64,000 nt of DNA from assembly GCF_009914755.1 (NCBI RefSeq), contig NC_060937.1; one strand, written 5' to 3'. The stretch's first letter is position 1; the number at the start of each line of letters is the position of its first letter. The DNA is from the human T2T-CHM13v2.0 reference genome, Homo sapiens. Below the pieces are notes generated by a model. That model ran no database searches and was not told the DNA's origin. It worked only from the letters and a program-made list of their open reading frames with translations. The position numbers and the translations under genes are program-made. Below, piece after piece: positions 58,914-64,000 of the stretch.

Positions 58914-59319
58914 TGTTAAATTATGTTTAGCCCAAAGCTGCCTCCTTACATATTTGAAGTTTAGATTAATGGTTTCTCTGTATGTAGTGAACTGTAACCT
59001 AACTGGATGTGTAAACAGACTGTCACTTACTCCTGTGCCAATCACCAACTTTTGGCCAAAGGCAGACAACTGTTCAAACTTCATTCAAATAAGGCAAAAG
59101 CCAAACTGTAATCAACCCAGCTGTTCTGTACCTCACTTCCGTTTTCTGTACATCACTTTCCTTTTTCTGTTCATAAATCCTTTCCAATCACATGGCCACA
59201 TGGAGTCTCTCTGAATCTATTCTAGTTGGTGGGTGGCGGGGACTACCCGATTCATGAATCATTCTTTGCCCAATGAAACTTTGTTAAATTGTACTTGTCA
59301 ATGGGTTTTTCTCTCGACA
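58914..59319 (+). mobile_element. MER57-like ERV1 solo LTR
   Basis: TGTTAAATTA..TTTAGCCCAAAGCTGCCTCCTTACATATTT...CAAATAAGGCAAA...TGTACCTCACTTCC...ACA. Confidence 0.8.
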
Positions 59320-60199
59320 TTGGGTAGAGCAATGGGTGAGAGGAGACCTTCTAGGGGAATTTGCCTGGGGATAGTGAGTCACATTGCTGGCTTCCTAAAG
59401 CAGGTGTACAATCTACCATGAGTTGCTGTTTTCAGTCATAGAGAAAGATATTCTCCTTGTGCTTCTGCCTAGTTTTCCCTTAACAGGCCCACAAGGGTGT
59501 CAGTGATTTCTGTGTCTTAGGCACCATTTCTCATTGTGATCTCTACACAGCAGGTTGTGGTGTGCCCAGAGCTTCTGCAAGCTGCCCGTATCTGCAAGCT
59601 GCCCATATCTTTGTCTTTAAACCAGAATCCTTTCTTGAAAACAAATGAGCTTTCCCTAAACCCTGTAATTCGACTACAAATGCAATATTCAAATAGCCTG
59701 TAATTGGAATATAAATAACTTCTAATAGGCCATGTAAATGAGGGTGTTAATGTATTATGAATCAGCTGAGGAAAATAGCAAGGACTGTATTCTCTTCCCT
59801 CTTCACTCTCCCTCCAGCCTGGAGTTCCATTCAGTGAGTGTTTCACTGAAAACATACCACCTCCTTCCTTCCCTCACTAAGCACAAGAGACCCAGAGTCC
59901 CTGCCATTTAATCATGGATTTGGCAGATGGTTTTGTTATTTGTCAAATAAATCTCATTCTATCAATTACTTGTGAGAATCTTCAGACAGGAGATCCTTCA
60001 GTTCCATGCAGGCTTGTAAATGTCCCTGCTCAGAAATACAATTTGAGGAAAGCTCTTAAGGCACCAAGAGGAAGTGAGTACATGAGAATCTCCTGGTTGG
60101 GACTGATCCCAATCTCAGATCAAGGAGTGAAGGGAGGGAAAAACACTGATAGTAGGTGGAGAATAGGAATTGTTTTTCTTTTTTCCTCCTTTTCTAATA

Positions 60200-60999
60200 T
60201 AAGGGAAGCTGGGAGGAATCTCTTGGCCTCCCTGAAGTTCAAAGGTCACTGATATGAGGCACATGAATAGGAGAAAAGGCATACACATTTATTTAATGTG
60301 TATACACAGGAGCCTTCAGAATGAAGACCCAAAGACACAGGGGGAATTGTTCATCTTTAGGCTTAGGTTCAACAAAGTATGCACAGCCATGTAGAAATAG
60401 GACTAGACACAAAGGGTATGATCTAATGCTGATAGACTGAGTGGGGAAACCCAGCAAAGCCTGTGTGTCTAGATCCTGCTTGGCCTCTATGAGCATGCAT
60501 TCCTTCATTCTGAGTATGGGGCAGGACTCTCTCTAGAATAGGGTTCTTATGGCCTACAGTCAAACAACTAAGTCAGATCATTTCCTTTCTTTTCTTTTTT
60601 CTTTTTCTTAAACAGAGACAGGGTCTCACCATGTTGTCAACGCTGCTTTCAAACTCCTGAGCTCAAATGATCCTCCCACCTTTGCCTCCCAAAGACTGCT
60701 GGGTTTATAAGTGTGAGGCCACCACACACAGCTCAGGTAATTTATTTATGGCCAGTTTTTACACAGAAAGGTGGAAGGAAACTTAGAGTCATATTTTAGG
60801 TTTTATGGCTAGCTCTGGGAATGAGAGTTCTGGTTTCTATGACCCACCTTGGGGAAGAGTGATTCTAGTTTCTATGGCTAGCTTTGGGAAAGAATGGGAT
60901 TGAGAGACAGGAGGGCAGGAGAAGATCAGAGAAAAAGTTTTGCTTATGAAACTACTTCTGAGGTCTTCATTTTGGGGTATTGTTTTCTGAGCCCCAACA
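60200..60999 (-). mobile_element. MER4-group LTR (MER67/MER31-like) containing an antisense Alu monomer at about 60580-60735
   Basis: The reverse complement begins TGTTGGGGCTCAGAAAACAATACCCCAAAATGAAG; GGAGAAAAGGCATAC..TTTATTTAAT poly(A)-signal region. Confidence 0.7.
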
Positions 61000-61009
61000 A
61001 GCCCATACT

Positions 61010-61150
61010 TTATTGAGTGTCTACTGTACTCCTGGAACCGTGCTGTATGGCTGTTTTCTCTCATTTAATTTCCAGAAGAAGCCTGTGATATACTGATTAT
61101 TATTCTCATTTGTTCGAGATCAGGAAACCGAATTCCAGAAAATCGAGCAG
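61010..61150 (-). mobile_element. MIR fragment
   Basis: TTTATTGAGTGTCTACT...CTCATTTAAT...ATTATTCTCATTT..AGATCAGGAAAC. Confidence 0.6.
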
Positions 61151-62508
61151 CTGGATCGTGTAACTTTTGGTAGCAAAAGTTTTTGTCTACTCTGTCCCAT
61201 ACAAACTACTGGAATAGAAATGAACAGGATTGTGATATTTTTGTCATGCTAATGTAAAAAGGAAAAAGAAATACTGACTCTGTTAATTTTAAGCTATAAC
61301 TATTGCATAACAATGATAGATACAACTATTATCTACCAATGGTGGTGCTCATTCTAGACTCTAGGCTCTTTGAAAATAGTAATTTGTCTTTTTCATCTTT
61401 GTGTCTTCCCTTCTTTTCTTTCCCGTCACCCTACTGAAAAACATTGTATTGATACAGAGTACTGGCAAGAGGGTAGTTGGATGAATGACTAAATTAATGA
61501 ATTGATGAGGGTGATTGATCTTTTCTGACGTTTACCTAGGAGAAAAGGATAACAGTCTAGAGGGTAAAGCTTGGGAGGTAGGGAATGTGAATAAATTAGA
61601 GCTCAAAAAATAAACACCTGGATTTAACAAATGCTTAAGTGAGGGAGGTGTGATCAGCAATGCAGACAGAAGGCTGCATTCAGCAGCCAATTTAAGAAAG
61701 ATGCTTGAGAAGTTTCAAGACAAAGAGAATTTGAGCAAAAGTTGGTGGGCCTGGAGCAAAGCTCCAGCCAGGGAGAAGAGTCTGTGGCAAGAACACAGGA
61801 CGGCTGTGGGTCTGGTCACTCAAGAGTCAGGCACTTCCTGTGCTTCAGGCCCCCTGCAGAAACTTGTCTCTTCTTGAAGGCTTCCAAACATTCCAAGGGG
61901 TGACTCCCAGGAGCCCCGTTTACAAGTTAATCAGCAGAAGCTTACAAGATCCAGCTGCTTAATTTTCTGGACTTCAGTTTCCTGATCTCAAACATCCAAG
62001 AGGCCTTAAATAACCTGCCCTGAGTCACACAGTCAGTAAATGGCGCAGGTGGGATTTAGTAACATCTGGCTGACTCCAGCCTCTCCTGCTCTGTCTATCG
62101 CCCTGTGTTTCCTCAAAGGCCGGATGACAGTGGGGGCTGTGAGATCCCCAGATACTGCAGAGGAATGCTGGGAACAAACAAACAAACATTAAAAAAAAAA
62201 AAAAAAAACCTCCCTACTTGCTTCAGAACAAATAAAGCTGAGATCAAGGAAGCCAGGTTTGGACTGAGGCAAGAGGTCAGGGTGAACTCATACACAAGGA
62301 CAGAGTTTCCACACAATAAATATTTATTAAGCAATCGCCCTGCAATGAAGGCCTGCAAGAGATGGATCACTGCTTCCAGCTGCTCGGGAAAGGAGAGCCA
62401 TACAGCTTTCTCACAAATATGCATGCATGTATAATACGAAATGCATTGCTGTACCTTGAGATTCTCTTAAATACCAGTGAAGTGAGTTGGGTACTTTACA
62501 TAGAACAT

Positions 62509-62509
<1 letters not shown>

Positions 62510-62553
<44 letters not shown>
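62510..62553. repeat. (CA)22 microsatellite
   Basis: Pure dinucleotide run. Confidence 0.98.
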
Positions 62554-62555
<2 letters not shown>

Positions 62556-63549
62556 TAGAGGAGGACTTTTAGGAAGAGCTTGACTGTCTTCTCTGGTTCC
62601 TCCTGCAGAAATCTTCAGCAGTCCCTGATGCCTAAAAGAACGCTGCGTATTTGCCTGTTTTGCCTCCATAAGGGAAGTGTCCTGCCCACCACGCCTTCAA
62701 AAGGAATGGCCTTCAGGCCTTGTCCTTGGTTCCATTTGACCCTGTCCTGGCCACAGCCAGCTGGACTAGGGGTGGGCACTCAGCACCAGCAGCCAAGCCA
62801 ACAGCCGGCTGGAGACTCATAGTGTGGCCCAGAATAAAGTCAGGGCTGAGTCAACCAGACTCTATCTTGGGAATGTGAATTGAGAAATATAGACTTGAGA
62901 TCAGTTTGTTCACGAGACACAATAAAGGAAATTAGCTTTGGAGAAAGTTCTTTGTCAGGAACTCTCCTGTCGCACACCCGGTTCAGTTTGGTTTTGCAGG
63001 TCAGCATACTTTCAGCTGGTGAACGGGTGCCAGTCTGCCATGGGGCAGGCATCCTCACTTCCCCCCAGCGCCTCTCTCACCTGGTCTAAGCCGCTGGTGA
63101 GCAGCTCACACTGCACGCTTCTTAAACTTCCCCAACAACTCTCCTAACTCAGACTACTCTCTTGCATCAGTGAACTCTCCATGCCCTCCTTGCTTCCCCC
63201 AGGAGATTCTAGACATCTGCTGAGAGAGGCTGGATGGGGAGATGGGCTAAGATTCAAAACTCCAGTTTGGACACCTCTTAGCAAGGGCTGCAGGTAGGAG
63301 ATATCTGGCTGCTCCTCCAGGTTCTCCTTTAAAAATTGAGGACTCTTCCTACTTGTTAGCTTCAGTTTTGAGGATTTAACTAAAATTATGAAACAACAGG
63401 GAAATTCCCAATTGGCAACCTTTTACAAAAGGATGGGAGCTGAACCTGCACAGTTGAGAAGCTTTAAGGACAAGAATGGACCACCCATGTGCAAAACAAG
63501 GCAGTGCGGGAGAATCGGAGAGGGTTGAAAGCATGGGCTCCAGGGGCCC

Positions 63550-63700
63550 CACAGTACTGGACTCAGGCCTGGTCTGGCCATTTCTTGGGTGTGTGACTTG
63601 GGACAACACTAACATCTTTCTAGCCTAATTTCTTCACCTGTAAAATGGAGAAAATAATAGTCCATTCAGATAATTATCACAAAGTTAGTCCAAGTAAGCA
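63550..63700 (+). mobile_element. MIR
   Basis: GTGTGACTTGGGACAA..CTAACATCT...TTTCTTCACCTGTAAAATGGAGAAAATAATAGT. Confidence 0.7.
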
Positions 63701-64000
63701 AAAGCTACCTATAACAGGAAGAGCCCTGGCCCTTGGGGGTAGCATCACATAGGCAGAGATGTGAATGGTGCCTGATTCCCGAATGCCGGGAAAATGAATT
63801 GGGTACTTTGCACAGCGCACACACAGAGACACGCAACACTCACATACACATACAGAGATGACAGAAGTTTAGGAAGATCTTGTTGGTAGAGAGGAGACAG
63901 AGAAAAACAGAGATACAATGAGAGGCAGAGAGAGTTGAAGAGGCGTCATGCGGCCATGAAAGAGAGGGGGAGGTCAGTTCCTAGAGCTGACAGATTTCTA

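Noticed and set aside
59574-59607. 17-bp tandem duplication TCTGCAAGCTGCCC(G/A)TA
   Set aside because: Real but an ordinary short slippage duplication.

Overview
Primate (human-like) nuclear non-coding DNA dense in interspersed repeats: about 30 Alu segments (J, S and Y type), one young L1PA with a 5' inversion, several old L1M fragments, L2, MIR, LTRs (MSTA, MLT1, MER39-, MER4-, MER57- and MER67/MER31-like), hAT transposons (MER1B, MER5, MER33, MER94) and microsatellites. I recognise no protein-coding exon, RNA gene or CRISPR array. The only supplied ORFs with recognisable protein similarity are L1 ORF2 remnants. One moderately CpG-rich, motif-rich segment (about 29.8-30.75 kb) looks like a promoter or enhancer. 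I cannot support a new gene system. The strongest unexplained signal is structural: at least seven locally templated copies (52-670 bp, direct and inverted, 0.25-1.8 kb from their partner), including a 670-bp inverted duplication with an inverted spacer. Repeat family names come from my memory of consensus sequences, not a database search, and the boundaries of old repeats are approximate.
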